A DNA stretch of 59,897 bases, the filler included, from Dugesia japonica (taxonomy: Eukaryota): NCBI GenBank assembly GCA_001938525.1. It is 4 parts of 4 records of this genome, joined end to end, with 100 filler letters (N's around TTAATTAATTAA, not from the genome) between each part and the next. Parts side by side here need not be neighbours in the genome. Positions count along the whole stretch, not along the records: positions 9,318 to 31,263 come from MQRL01579590.1; 3 more parts are not named here. The stretch is one strand, 5' to 3'. Below, piece after piece: positions 12,688-26,027 of the stretch (position 1 is the first letter of the stretch; each line of letters starts with the position of its first letter). The position numbers and the translations under genes were made by a program. Below the pieces are notes generated by a model. That model searched no databases and had not been told where the DNA came from. It worked only from the letters and a program-made list of their open reading frames with translations.

Positions 12688-13010
12688 ATGGCTAAAAGTA
12701 TGCAAAATCTAAAAAGGCCTCGATATATCTGGTCCTACATTGATGAGGTAGGCCGATATTACATTGAGTGGGACGAAGTGCGGACCATGATGAGAACGGA
12801 GGGAGAGAGGCATGATCATAAAATCAAGAACCTCGAGGCGGACAACGAGACGGTTCAGTTACAACTAGCAGTCAAAAGTATCCGGATAAAAGCGTTAGAG
12901 GGCCAATTGGAACGAGCCAGAGATTCCCTGTGGAACCAGATAAAGCAACTCCAAGAGGAGCTATCTGGTACTTCGCCGAAAATCGTCCAGGTTTTTTCGC
13001 TTATTAGTGC
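12688..13010 (+). CDS. Unknown coiled-coil ORF; the 3' part of the ORF-track call is read-through into an antisense Penelope fragment
   Basis: GC-richer than its flanks, heptad-like (KIKNLEADNETVQLQL...IKALEGQLERARDSLWNQIKQLQEEL), preceded by an acceptor-like TTCTTAG. Confidence 0.45.
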
Positions 13011-13011
13011 T

Positions 13012-13225
13012 GTACCGTGCAACTTAGCTGGCTGTGAACCAATCACCTTAAAAACATACAATTCAAAATCAAGAAGTTTATCACTGATTAATTTTTTTAA
13101 TAAACTATTCAAATTTTCTTCGTCTTTGATTTGTGGCAGTTTACCATTTTTACGAAATTTATTAATTTTATAACATTGCGATCATTTCAAAATATCTTTT
13201 TTATTTATGTAATGAAAATCATTGA
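13012..13225 (-). mobile_element. Penelope-like element fragment, region just upstream of the RT core
   Basis: YINKKDILK*...EENLNSLLKKL...FKVIGSQPAKLHG matches the PLE GSxPxxLYGLPKxHK context. Confidence 0.65.
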
Positions 13226-13319
13226 AAATTACCCTTTACAAATCTTCCAAATTTTAATTGGTTTTTTAAAAAACCTGTAATATTAAGTTTGGATGTATTA
13301 TTATTTATTATTTTGCATG

Positions 13320-14468
13320 ACAAATTAAGGTGGAAGTAAGGTATATAAGCCTTTAAAGCCAGATAAATACGGAATCAAATCGTATGCACTTTGCGAATCT
13401 AAAACAAGATATGCATGTGCGCTGATTCAATATAATTCTAGAAAACCGGAAACTAATTTAGATATGTAATTGCGGTTAACCAAAAATTACCAAAATAAAA
13501 ACCATCGTCTGTATATAGACAATTTCTAAACTACTGTAAAAATTGTCGAGGTAATGTCAGGAAGAGGTATCTAATGTTGTGGAACTCTTAGGGATACTCG
13601 AGGTGGTCCTAAGAATCTTAAAAAACCGTGAAGCGATTTAAAAAGGGAGAAGGATTGGTTTATACTAATAATTCAATCAACTGTATTGGGTTAATTGATA
13701 ATGATCCGGTAGTGATACTTACTAGTATACATTCGAACATAGTGGACGAGTATTGAAAGTGAGGGGGAAGAGAAATTGAGCAAATCAAATGTAGTTAAAG
13801 ATTATAATTCATATATGGGTGGTGTTGATTTAATGGACCAAATAACTGGATATTGTGAGATTAATAGAAGATCTCAAAAGTGGACAACAAATTTCTGCCT
13901 CCACGTACTCAACATTGCTTTCCATAACAGTTATGTCATATATAAAAAATTAAGTTCAGCTTCTCAGAAAAAAACTTATTTAAATTATCTAATTAAATTA
14001 ATGTATGAGTTGGGAAGGAATAGTGTTGCCGACTTTCTTGAAGAAGAATCTAGAATCATGGCAGTAAATGCTCCACCCGCCTAAGTAGAACAGATTTCTA
14101 ATGGCGCAGACAAAACCAGTGCATTTTCCTATTAGAACCGACAAACGAAAGAAATGTGTGATATGCAAGATATATTCTTCAAGAACTGAAATAAAAACTG
14201 GATGTTCTAAATGTTTGGCTCTTCTATGTTTATTAGGTTGTTTTGAGGAATATCAATATGGGCCTCGAGAATAAAAATTATTTAGTTTAATAATTTTCAG
14301 CAGTTTTTTTTCGATATTTTTTGATTTTAGTAAATATTTAAAAAATCCTTTTTAAGCCCTGTTATTTATTATATATTTTAATATCTAAGCCCCAATATTT
14401 TAAAAATAATTTTTGTTTTTAAAACAAATATTTCGACCCCTAATTGTTTAGTTATAACTGTGAAAGGG
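13320..14468 (+). mobile_element. Decayed piggyBac transposon (C-terminal half of transposase and right end)
   Basis: Motifs KPDKYGIK, LYIDNF*TT, CGTLR, YNSYMGGVDLMDQ and RRSQKW, plus a cysteine-rich tail (KCVIC...CSKC...LC...CF). The end is AAAGGG followed by TTAA at 14469-14472. Confidence 0.9.
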
Positions 14469-14743
14469 TTAATTAAAGAAAATTAAATATCTTATTAATG
14501 TATATTGGTGAAAGAGTACAAATTAGTTAATATAAATTGAAATATTGCAAACAATTTCCAAGAAGTGTTGAGAGTAAAATTTCTGAGTATGCAAACCTTT
14601 TTCTATCATTATTTTTCATTCGTGCATCTGAACAAATATGATTGGCTGAAATTTAATAAAAAAGTCATTATTATTATAAATGATTACATTTATTTTTATT
14701 TTTCATTCAATTATTAAAAAAAATTAATTTTATTTTATTTAAT

Positions 14744-15557
14744 ATGTATCTTTTATTCTTATTATGTTTATTTATGAAATCAAATATTATTGAAACATCA
14801 TTAATATTCGATTGTGCTACCAATGCGTGGAATAGTTATGGTAATTATTTTATAATAAAAGATGGAGTATGTTATTATGATATTNNNNNNNNNNNNNNNN
14901 NNNNNNNNNNNNNNNNNNNNNNNNNNNNNNNNNNNNNNNNNNNNNNNNNNNNNNNNNNGGATGAATAGTTATAATTATTATTACTTGGCGGGCAGTTATT
15001 CAGATTCAATTGATATTAATAAACAATTTAATGACACGAATTACAAAAGTAAATTATTGAGTAAATGGAATGTGATAAAACCGAAGATGATAAATCTTAT
15101 CATGAGAAATAATAGTGGCAATGTGGTTGTTTCAATTCTATTTCAGGTGAATGCAAATGATGATCTTTTATCTTGGTTTCAAAAATCAAATTTGTTATCA
15201 ACATTTCCTTGGAAACTGGAAAATGTGTTGTCGCACACTTTTTCTTCGTTTAGTATTAGAGGAGAAGTATCAAGTAATACCTGGCGAACATTCCAAACCA
15301 AGTACTATGACGGTAATGGTTGCAATGGTGATATGGGATTAATAACAATATTTGAAATCGTGCCTGAATATTGCAGCTATCTTAATTTTAACATGGCTCC
15401 AGCAATTACATTTACAATAAACGGTGATAATTTGGGATATTGGTATCAATCGNNNNNNNNNNNNNNNNNNNNNNNNNNNNNNNNNNNNNNNNNNNNNNNN
15501 NNNNNNNNNNNNNNNNNNNNNNNNNNATTTCGATATAATGAATATAATATCTTCTAG
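14744..15557 (+). CDS. Secreted protein (~260-270 aa) with an unnamed invertebrate extracellular domain
   Basis: Signal-peptide-like MYLLFLLCLFM. After an N gap (frame differs across it) come YKSKLLSKW...LLSWFQKSNLL..PW...FSIRG...RTF...GCNGDMG...YC...PAITFT. Confidence 0.7.
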
Positions 15558-16250
15558 TTGACTGGAAAATTAATTTAGATTTTATTAAATTGTTTAATTG
15601 AAATTTGTTTAAATATTTTAATTTATCTATTTTATTAAAATTTCTAATAAAACAAATATTAATTTTTGTGGAAAATAANNNNNNNNNNNNNNNNNNNNNN
15701 NNNNNNNNNNNNNNNNNNNNNNNNNNNNNNNNTATCGATATGAGCACATTCGATTAAATTATTTATTTCTCAGTTACGAATGAATGACTTGGAATAGAGT
15801 TTTAATTATGTTAATTAATTTCAATATTAATCTAGCCACTACGATAAATCTAAATGATCAGTATTATGATTTGTTTATAAACATAATTTTATTAATTATT
15901 GTATTATATTAATTAAAATATTAATATTATTTATTGAGTTTAAATTATTTAATTTAATTATTTTATATATCAAATTTTATGAAGTATTCAAAATTTTNNN
16001 NNNNNNNNNNNNNNNNNNNNNNNNNNNNNNNNNNNNNNNNNNNNNNNNNNNNNNNNNNNNNNNNNNNGTTTTTGTTAAATGAATTTAAATAAAATAATAA
16101 TTTTTATAAATAAATACATACATGCAGTCATTTTTAAATGTTAAAAAGTTCAAAGAAAAATTTTAAAATATTGATAGAATTAAATTTTTAATTGAAATTC
16201 TCTCAATAATTTTTTTTGTAAATTATAAACTACCTATACATTGTCTAAAA

Positions 16251-16318
16251 TAGTGGTCCCCTACCTTATTTCGACCACAAGCCGGTCAGGGTTCAAAATT
16301 TTTGTCGCGGACCACTAA
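16251..16318 (+). mobile_element. hAT-like terminal sequence of a non-autonomous element
   Basis: TAGTGGTCCCCTACCTT resembles CAGTGGTCCCCAACCTT-type hAT ends. No partner end was confirmed. Confidence 0.35.
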
Positions 16319-16601
16319 GATTTTTTGGATATTAATTTATTGACAAACTTAATTTAAACCTTTTATTTATCAAATGACGAAAATGAATTTTTTTAACATT
16401 TTATTTATTATTGAGAACCTCGTGCTTGTTTATCTTAGACGAGATGTTTTCATTTATGATAATAGGAAATAATGAAACACGAAATGTACTGCTTATATCT
16501 AATTTGTTTCGTTACTTTTTTTTGGTTGATGTTTATTTTTTATTTTATTATTTTCATTTACCTCTATCTAGTCATATTTTTAGTAATTTTCCATCGGTGA
16601 C

Positions 16602-16732
16602 CGGACATATGCGCACACGAAAAAAAGCCTACATACATAAATGCCCACATACGTAAATGCCCACATGGACAAAACCCCACATGGACAAAACCCCACATGG
16701 ACAAAATCCCACATGGACAAAATCTCACATGG
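16602..16732. repeat. 16-bp tandem repeat GGACAAAACCCCACAT, probably subterminal repeats of a DNA transposon
   Basis: Four clear units and several degenerate ones. Confidence 0.8.
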
Positions 16733-16839
16733 CTTTAATCAAAATGGCTTTACTATTATGGACCACTTTGGTTTTCATGAATTTATTTATCTTTTAAATA
16801 CTAAACTATAAGTCAGTAAAATCAATATTTTAACTATAA

Positions 16840-18500
16840 CTTATACCTTATAACACTGTTTCGTTATTGAACATATGAGTTTCACTATTGGAAAATAATG
16901 GACTTATCATAGAAAACTATTGACTATTCATAGAATATACAAGTTTTACCATTAGAAAATATGAGTTTAGACATAGAAAATATTAAATAGAGTAAATCTT
17001 GCCATATTTTTAGTCATTTACAAACATTTACCCCTATCTGCCTGATTTACCCCTATTTACTTCTATTTAGCTATATTCCCATTATTTCCACTTATTTTCC
17101 ATCATTTCCCATTATTTACTATTATTTAAGTATATTTAAACTATTTAGACATATTTTCACTATTTTCAATCGGGTTTTATTGTATATTTTCACTTCATAT
17201 TTTCATAGACCTCACTTCAATAATCTTAAAAGACTGCCATATAGTGAGAAAAGAAGACATGTACACTGAGTGATAGTGAGTAAAATTGGATATGACATGC
17301 TTTTTATTTAAAATAATATAACAATTTAGTATATTTTAATCATAGGATTATCGTTCTTCATATTTGCTTACAACTTGGCAACCCTGCTTGCCTTTGGTTT
17401 TATGGGATTCTTTTTCATTTTGATGGCAAATATTCAAATACATTGTTAGAAAATAAGAGTTTTATATAGAAAATACGTATCTTATCATTAAAAATATTGA
17501 TCTCAATATTGAAAATATTAGTTCCAATAGATAAAGTTATGGTTTAAAATATGGGGTTTATCGTGAAAATATGGTATTAGTAAGTTTCTTTGTTTAAAGT
17601 TAGAGAAATGAATAAGAGTGAGATGGATCGAGTGAAAAAGGGTAAGTGCGAGAGGCCAAGAATGAAGGTAAAAAGTAGCTAGATAGTATTATCTTATTTT
17701 CTTGAAGTCATGAAATATAATCTGAAATTTACATGAACGCTTTTCGATTTGATGAAAAATTACACAATATTTTTTATCATCACTGAAAAATGACAGGAAC
17801 TTTCAAAAAATGGTTTAAATTTACTAGAACTTTTCTAAAGCTTGTTAAAATTCACGCAATCCTTTTAATCACCGTTGAAAATTTAAAGGAACTTTTTATT
17901 CACACTTGAAAATTTCAATAATCTTCTCTGTAATAGTGATTCTAATACAGTCAAGATTCTTGCCTTAATAATCCATTCATAGAATTACTTATTAAGTCAT
18001 CTTTATTTTAAATGTTAATATTCTCTGGGAGAATATCTAAACATACACAATTATTTCTACTAATACATACACAATGCTCATTATCAACAAGTATTAACAT
18101 ATAGAATACTCGATATCATTAAGTCTTAATATACACAATATTCGTTACCAACAAGTATTATCATTTAAAATACTCGTTATCATCAAGTATTAACATACAG
18201 AATACTCGTTATCATCATTTACCTATTGATTATTCAGTTGATGGTTTAATTTCTTCTCCTTTATTTCATATAGCCAACTCTATAATTCACAATGGATATA
18301 TACTTTAGAACCATTAGCCAGGTAATTATTCACATATTTTCACTTTAATATAGAAAATTTCTTTGACAATAGACCTTATAATGTGCTTTATTAACCAATT
18401 AATCATCAACTTTTAATATAAATTTATTCCTTCATTCCTTAAAAATCTAACCAAATTAACATATTATTAACCTTTCGTATCATTAAATGTATTTATTTAA
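16840..18500 (+). repeat. Interspersed repeat, colinear with ~54330-56150
   Basis: Blocks 16861-16998 ~ 54351-54487, 17580-17740 ~ 55350-55505 and 18220-18490 ~ 55877-56150 align by eye. Confidence 0.8.
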
Positions 18501-21159
18501 ATATTTATTAAAATTAATTAGTTAAATCTTCAAAGAAATTTTTTTCAAAATAAAATTATAATCAAATCAATAATTATCTGAGTAACTAACTTGATTCATT
18601 ATTATCCTTATTTATTGTATTACCCTAATTGAAAATAAAATTTGTAAATGTTTTTTCATCTTTATAATTGTAAAAGCTTAAATTTCAGTTTTTATTTTAC
18701 AAAGTCTAAAGTCACGGTATTTTATACTTAAAATTAAAGTTTTAAGTACTTTTCTGATAATTATTTGAAAAGTTTGAAATCCATCATAAATTATTTGCAA
18801 TATATTCAATAAATAGTTTATTATTTATTATTTCAAAACAAATTATTTCAAAATTTTCAATACTTAATAGATTTGCTATTATATTCTTAAGTTAACTGTT
18901 AGATGAATCTGTAACATTCATCTTTTCATTAAAAAAAGGAACACTTTTCATTCAAGATTTATTTACAACCAAAACAAAAACACAATATCAATTTGGTTTT
19001 TAAACAAAGTTTTAAAACAAACTAACATTTTTATTTAATTTTGACCGAAATTATTTAAAAATATTCTTAATGAAATTTTTTAAAATAATTCATTTAAATA
19101 TTTCAATGTTTAACAAAAATATTCTTAATTAAATGTTTGAAAGTAATTAATTTAGAAATTTTTATAATCAAAAAATATTTTCAATTAAATTTTTCAACTT
19201 TATTACATGAATTAACTTAATTATTTATTAAACTATTTACGTTTATCAACTTTGGTCGAACTATCAAAAAATTTAACTGTCCAAAATCATACTTACATTA
19301 ACAATAACAATATATGTATATATGAAATCTAATTACTTTTAAAAATTTATTCAAAATATAATTCAATTAACCAACAAAAGCATAGTTTTAATCAAATTAC
19401 ATATTGAAAATTAATCAATTCACCATACTTAATTTATTCAATCAAATAAATGGATTCTTTTCAATAAATGTTTATAAATTATTTCAATGAATCAATCTTT
19501 ATAAAGATTTATATTATGAATTACAATTTAATTAAATTTTACAATATAAAATAGAACAATTTATTAAAAATCCACAATATCTAATTTATCTTTCAAAATT
19601 ACAAGTAAAAAATATAGATCAGGTTAAATAAACAGTATATTTACTACTAGTAAAGACATGAAAATAGAGGATTAAAACCAATAAGTAATAGAAAATACTA
19701 GTATTCTGTAATAAAATCATTGATGATTGAAATCCAGTGCGCTGTGATCAGAACATTGATGACTGAAATCTAGTCGGGAGAGCACTAGTACACAGATCTT
19801 TGATAACTGAAGACTGATGAAGAGTAAAATATAAACCAAATTTATCTACAATTCAGTTAGAAATAGACCAAATCGAGTAAATTATAAGATAAGTCGTTTA
19901 ATATTTATTCAATAAAATTTTCATTCAATTTTTTGAGTTGATTTAACTTTCCAAATTGGTTTTACTATTTCTTTCAATTTCTTGTATCCGATAAGTTCAA
20001 CTGTAATCTTTGATTTGCTTTCATAAACATCATCTTCTTTAGATTTAATAAATGTTGCGTCTTCAATTCATTGATTCTTACGAATAGTTCATTAAGAGTC
20101 TTTTGATCATTGTCACTGATTTCAGATATGCATAAATCGTAAACACAAGGTTTCCCTTTTACAGTATTCTAAATAGAAATTATTAATAAAGTTATTAACA
20201 AATCAAATATTACTTGAAAAGTATAATTGATTGTTCTCTTAAAGAAAACCATTTCATGCTTGAAGTAATTTGTGGGTTTGCCCACTCGAATACTAGTGTA
20301 GAAGAAATTTTCGTGGTAAGAGTTTTGATAATCTCCATTTTGAAAAAATGAATTAAAGAATAAGTTTATATAGGTCTTAGAACAGATGTGTATTAATTAA
20401 ATATATTAATACGTTTAAACCATTAATTTTAGAACATTCTTATTGAAATTATTTAAAAATTAAATTTTTTAAATTAAATTAAATTGAATTATAATAGATA
20501 AAGTACTTGCTTTTTCTATATAACTGTTTATGTATAAGGTTTGTTGATTTTTGACCGTGTTATTTTTACTCACCGTAAATTTTCCAATCGAATAGTATCA
20601 TTTTTCAAAATTTTATAGGTACTTTAGATATTTTTGAAAAATTTTACCAAAATCCGGGAGAACGGCTGTATATATTCGTTAAGTAGCATTTTCCCCGAGA
20701 CTTTTAGCATTGCATTTTAATTTTACACAGTAAATTTATTCTCTTGAGTAAAAAATTATCAAATTTGAAATCATATGAGTTATGCACGGAGAAAGAATTG
20801 AGTGTAAAATTCAAAATTTGAGATTTTTTCAAAATAAAACCCCATTTATTTCATATGTATTAACTTTGGCGATTTTAGGTTAACATATTTGGAATTAGCG
20901 AAAATTTCTCTATCTAAGAAATACTTTCGTAAACTTATTTGACAAGGAAAATCTTTTCGTAAATGTTTTAATTGTGAGAAATGATTGCTGTAAAATTGTC
21001 TCAGCAGTTGGGTACAAAAATCTTTGAAATCTGATATATAGAACATATTTTCGCAAAGTTTTGGACTATTCACGCAGACTCCCATAAAGTTTTCATCTAA
21101 AAAAATTTTTAAAAAACTTGAAAATTTAAAAAATTTCCACTTTTCCCATTAATTTCCTT

Positions 21160-22110
21160 AAAATTCAACGCAAACTGTCCACCCGAGAAAATTATCATTC
21201 CAATTCGCCTACAACTTACCCTTGTGATAAAATAATTGACTAAATCGTCCAAAACTGACCAAAACACACTAATGTGAGAAAAAATTGACCAATATTACTT
21301 AAACCATGTAAATATTTGACAAACCTTACCTAAAACTTACCCAAGTTAACCATTCCCGAGGAAACAATTGACCAAAATCATCTCAAATTCCCCTTCTGAG
21401 AAAATAATTAACCAAAATTAGCTAAACCAAGTAAATAATTGACCAAATTGTCCAAAACTGCCCAAATTGACTAATCCGTATAAAAAATTCAATCAAATCA
21501 CCCAAAAACTACCCAAAGTGACTATTCCCGACGAAAAATTTGGTCGTATTCACCTAAAACCGACCAAGTTTGCCCAGATTCGACCTTACCGAAACATTTT
21601 CACCGAGAAAAAAAGCACCCAAAAATTACCCAAACCAAGAAATCTCAATGAAATAATTGACTAAATCACCTAAAAATTACTCTAAACCATTCAAATATTG
21701 ACCATATTCTACTTCACTGGCAAAACTTTCAAATTAATTTCTCCTAAATCACCCAAAAATTACTCAAACCGAGAAATCCCGAGGAAATATTGAACCAAAT
21801 TTATCTGAATCAGCCAAAAATTTACCTCATTCCATCTCACCGACTAAAGTTTGGACAAAAACAGCATAAAACTAATCAAAGTTTACTCAAATTGACCAAT
21901 TCTGAGGAAATATTCAACCAAATCTCCCAAAAACTGCCTAAAACCTACCAAGTTTGCCGAAACTGACCAAACAGAGGAGATTTTCGACCAAATTTACCTA
22001 AACTAACCAAAAATTTACCTTATTCAACCTCACCGAGGAAAGTTTGAACAAAAACCATCTAAAACCAATAAAAAATTGACCTCATTTGACCTAACCGATT
22101 AAATTCCAAA
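21160..22110. repeat. Degenerate complex tandem array (CCGAGAAAA...TTGACCAAA...CCAAAA units); inverted fragment at ~51170-51300
   Basis: Recurrent motifs and strong C-over-G strand skew. Confidence 0.7.
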
Positions 22111-22999
22111 CTTAATACATGTGAAAAATATTACCGCTTAAAAAGCCTAAATAATTTTCCCAACTAAATACATAGGAAAAATTAAACACCACTTTTAATT
22201 TAATTAAAATTTAAAACCACTTTTTGACACTATCAGGGGGGACTCTAATGAGGTTAAAATCAAGTGGTGTTATGCGCCACTATCGGCAAGTTGTGTTGTG
22301 TATGGGGGTCATTGTGTTTAAATGTTAGTGGTGGTGTGTTCAGGGGGGTGGGTTTAAATACAAGTGATGTTGTGTGCAGGGGGGTTGGGTTCATTGTTTT
22401 TAAATGCAACCATATAATTAAGAATTTATAACGTATACAATTATCATCTGAAAATCAATTTATTAACTTAAAAGAAATTATTAATTTTAAAAATTGTTAA
22501 CTTAAAATAAAATCATTACGAAAATTGTTAAAACTTAAGAAAATCATTACCGTTTAATTTAAATAAAAATAAATACTAACTTATTTTTATTATTTATCAA
22601 ATTTTATAATAACATTGATCACAATAAATTTCTATATTATATATATCATAAATCATAATAAATAATCTAAAATAAAATTTATATAGAAAATTAAATAAAA
22701 AACATCTTACTTGATCTTGTTAAAATGGTGAAGTAATGATGAAATAATATGAAATTATTCCATTCAGGTCATATTTAATTAAAATGTTTAAACAAAATTA
22801 TTTAATAATAAATAATTGTTTGACATATTTTAAATAATATGATTTAGCAAAAACAATTTTAATAAACATTAATTCTAACTGATCAATTTTAAAGTTTAAT
22901 TTACATTAATTTTAAACTGTTTAATTTTGATTCTTATTAAATTTAAACTGTTAAATTTTTCTCTTAAAATCTTATGAATTTTAAGGTTTATGATGAAAG

Positions 23000-24680
23000 T
23001 CGTAATTTAAATTATGAGTTCTTTACTTTCTATGTAGTCGTTTCTAATTTTCTATGATGACTTGTGTATTTACCATGATGATACCTGTATATTCTATGAT
23101 GAAGTGTCTATGTTTTGTTATGAAACAATAATTTTCCACGACAAAGCGATTATTTTTCCATGTTGAAGTGTTTATTTTCAATAATGAATCTTATATTTTA
23201 CACGATGACTTATAAATTTAGTGTGTGTTAGAATTTTTTTGGATGAAATGTAATTTTAAAGAGTTTACTTAGAAATTTCAATGTGATGGATTATAAGTTT
23301 AACTGAGTGGTTTGAAATTTTAATTGATGACTTAGAGATTTTATTATTTTCTATGAAATCCTTGAATATTATTGAATACTTCTGTGTAATATAAATAACC
23401 TTTCATTAAAAATATACAATGTTTGAAATTTTTTATTGACTTATATGTATTATTAAATAATCTTAATGACTTCTATATAACTTTAACACAAAGAATTATA
23501 CTTTTTATGTACTAGTTTAGAAATTTAATGTGTCTACTTAGAGTTTTACTGTGATTGAATGCAGTTTTTTGAGATAGAATGCAAAGTTTAGTGTTATTTG
23601 CTACAATTATGTGTGATTGATTGTAATTTTAGTGTGAAAAATTATAATTTTTATGTATTGGCTTAGAAATTGTATGTGCTGACTTAAAATTTTACTTGTC
23701 CAGTTTTATGGGTTGAATTAGACTTTTGTAAAACGAATTTTAATTTTAAAGCGTTGAATTAGAAATTTCAATGTGAGGAACTATATTTTAGTGCGATATT
23801 ATAAGTTTAACTTGTTGGTTAGAATTTTTATGTGTTGACTAAGAAATTTTATGTAACAAAATACAAATTATGTGTTGACATTATACATTTTATGTGTTGG
23901 CTTAAAGGTTTTCTGAGTTGACTTAAAATTTTGTGTAATGAATTATAATTTTAATGTAATGGGTTACAGTTTTATTGTGATGGAATGTAATTTTAGTGTG
24001 AAGGATTAAAATTTTTATGCCTTGACTAAAAATGTTATTACTTGTTTTACTTGTTGAGGGTTAATTTATATGGGTTGGATTAGACTTATGTGAGATGCAT
24101 TATACTTTGATGTGTTGGCTTATATATTTTATTTGACGGAAAATAATTTTAGTGTACGTAATATAGTTTTAAAGTGAATGACAGATTATAAGTTGAACTT
24201 TTTGGTTAAAATTTTTATGTGTTGACTAAGAAATTTTATGTGGCAAAATGTGATGAAATGTAATTTTTGTATGATGAAATTTAATTTTTATGTGTTTGCT
24301 TAAGGTTTTGACATGTTGAATGTTAATTTTTGTTTGACGAATTGTAATTTTTATATGATGGAATGCAATTTTAGTGAATGATAATTATTTTGACTTCGAT
24401 GTAATGTTTTGAGAATTTTTAAAGTTATCGAATACTTCTTTGTAATTTATGAAATATTTGTATGACTTCTATGTATTCTTTGTGTTCAGTTTTAATTTTC
24501 AAGAGTTGAGTAAATATTTTGTGTGATGGATTATATCTTTTATTGTTGATTTTAAAAATTTTCATGAGTTAACTTAGAAATTTTATGTGATTGAATTCAA
24601 TTTTAATGTGATGGATTATAAATTTTATGTATTGGCTTAGAAACTTATATGATTGAATGTAAAGTTTTAAATTCTGTATA
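23000..24680. repeat. Degenerate short-period (~20-bp) array, TTTTATGTGTTGACTTA-like
   Basis: Recurrent motif with G/T strand skew. Confidence 0.7.
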
Positions 24681-24709
24681 ATTATATAAAAAACGTAGAC
24701 AATTATAAA

Positions 24710-24961
24710 TTCATCAATGCACAATTTCAACCAATCAAATTTCAGTATGACCGCCGCAATTACATAATCACACACCAAAAAACTTAGACCAATCAAATCG
24801 ATCAAATTGAAGCTGTAAAAAAATGGGCGGGGGTATTGTGCCTTTGCTGAACTATCTTTAAAAGAAAATTGACCAATCGAAACGCTTAAAATCTGACACA
24901 GTTGACCTTTAAAAAAACTGGGGGGGGGGATATTGTACCCGTACTGATCTATAACACTACT
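24710..24961 (+). mobile_element. Candidate Polinton terminus ending in ACTACT
   Basis: CCAAT boxes, TGACC motifs and G-runs lead to ACACTACT (ACTACT at 24956-24961). Polinton ends are commonly AGTAGT...ACTACT. Confidence 0.45.
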
Positions 24962-25439
24962 ATTAAATAGAGAATTACAGATCGGCTAAGATTTACTAAA
25001 TTTGTCAGTATAAAAATTATGAAGCTTAATCTAACAAGATGCAATTGAAAATACGATATTTAAAGACAATTCAAAAGTTTTACAATCAGACTTATTGCGA
25101 GATCAATCGCTGAACGTAACGATTGATCCTATTTTTGATTTCATTAAATTAAATGCTTCGATTAAAATATTGTTTTCTTTTTTATATATTTTTAGTTCTC
25201 AAAGTATATATCAAAAAGAAAAAAACAATAATTTTATGAAAGCTTTTAATTAAATGAAATTTAAAATTTGTACTAAAATGACGATACTTTTAAAATTTGA
25301 AGTCAAATTATCTCTAAAATTGATTTAAAAAAAAGAAATTTATCTCAAGGATAATATATTTCATTAAATGAATTTCAAAAAAAGTAATAAGTTCTGCTAA
25401 AATAATAAAAAATATTTCCAATTAAATTGAAGTTTTCAA

Positions 25440-26027
25440 TTACAATTTTCCAATTAAATGAGTATTATAAAGACTTCTACAGTAGTTTTTTGCAGCATTA
25501 TTTGATGGAATATATGGAGATGTTGTTCTTGGTTTTGAGATAATTTTATCTGGCTCAAATACAGGATTAGCGTAGAATCCAGAAGATTCAGGAAGTTTCT
25601 TTGGAGAATACATTTTGTTTGATGAATAATTATTCAATTGTTGTAGAGTTGAGTTTGGTTTTGGATAATTATTAACTGTCAAATTTGTATTGTCATTCAT
25701 TTTTCGTTGATTGTCATTTTTATTACTTATTTGATTGTTATTATTAGTTTTTGATTTTTTCTGCTCAAAAACCCTTTCAGGAGATAATAAATGAGAATTC
25801 TTTTGAATATTTTGAAAACTTTCATGTTTTAATTGTTCTTTATCAAGAATCAAAGAGTTCTCTTTCAATATTCGAGCATTCTTTCTGGGTTTTTTCATTC
25901 GTTTCAAACATTTTAAAATATTAAACAAAATCGCTAGAATTAAGAAACTGCTACCAACAATGAAAATAACAATACCAGTTGTGTATTTATTATTATATCT
26001 TGGTCTTGTCCTAGTCTCCAAAGACAT
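25440..26027 (-). CDS. 195-aa single-pass membrane protein with a long low-complexity cytoplasmic tail
   Basis: Long ORF in very AT-rich DNA. TM segment GIVIFIVGSSFLILAILFNIL is followed by a basic stop-transfer stretch and a YANPVF motif. Confidence 0.65.
   Translation of the reverse strand: MSLETRTRPRYNNKYTTGIVIFIVGSSFLILAILFNILKCLKRMKKPRKNARILKENSLILDKEQLKHESFQNIQKNSHLLSPERVFEQKKSKTNNNNQISNKNDNQRKMNDNTNLTVNNYPKPNSTLQQLNNYSSNKMYSPKKLPESSGFYANPVFEPDKIISKPRTTSPYIPSNNAAKNYCRSLYNTHLIGKL

Noticed and set aside
13228-13242. TTACCCTTTACA as piggyBac left TIR
   Set aside because: No intact TTAA and only a short match to the right end.
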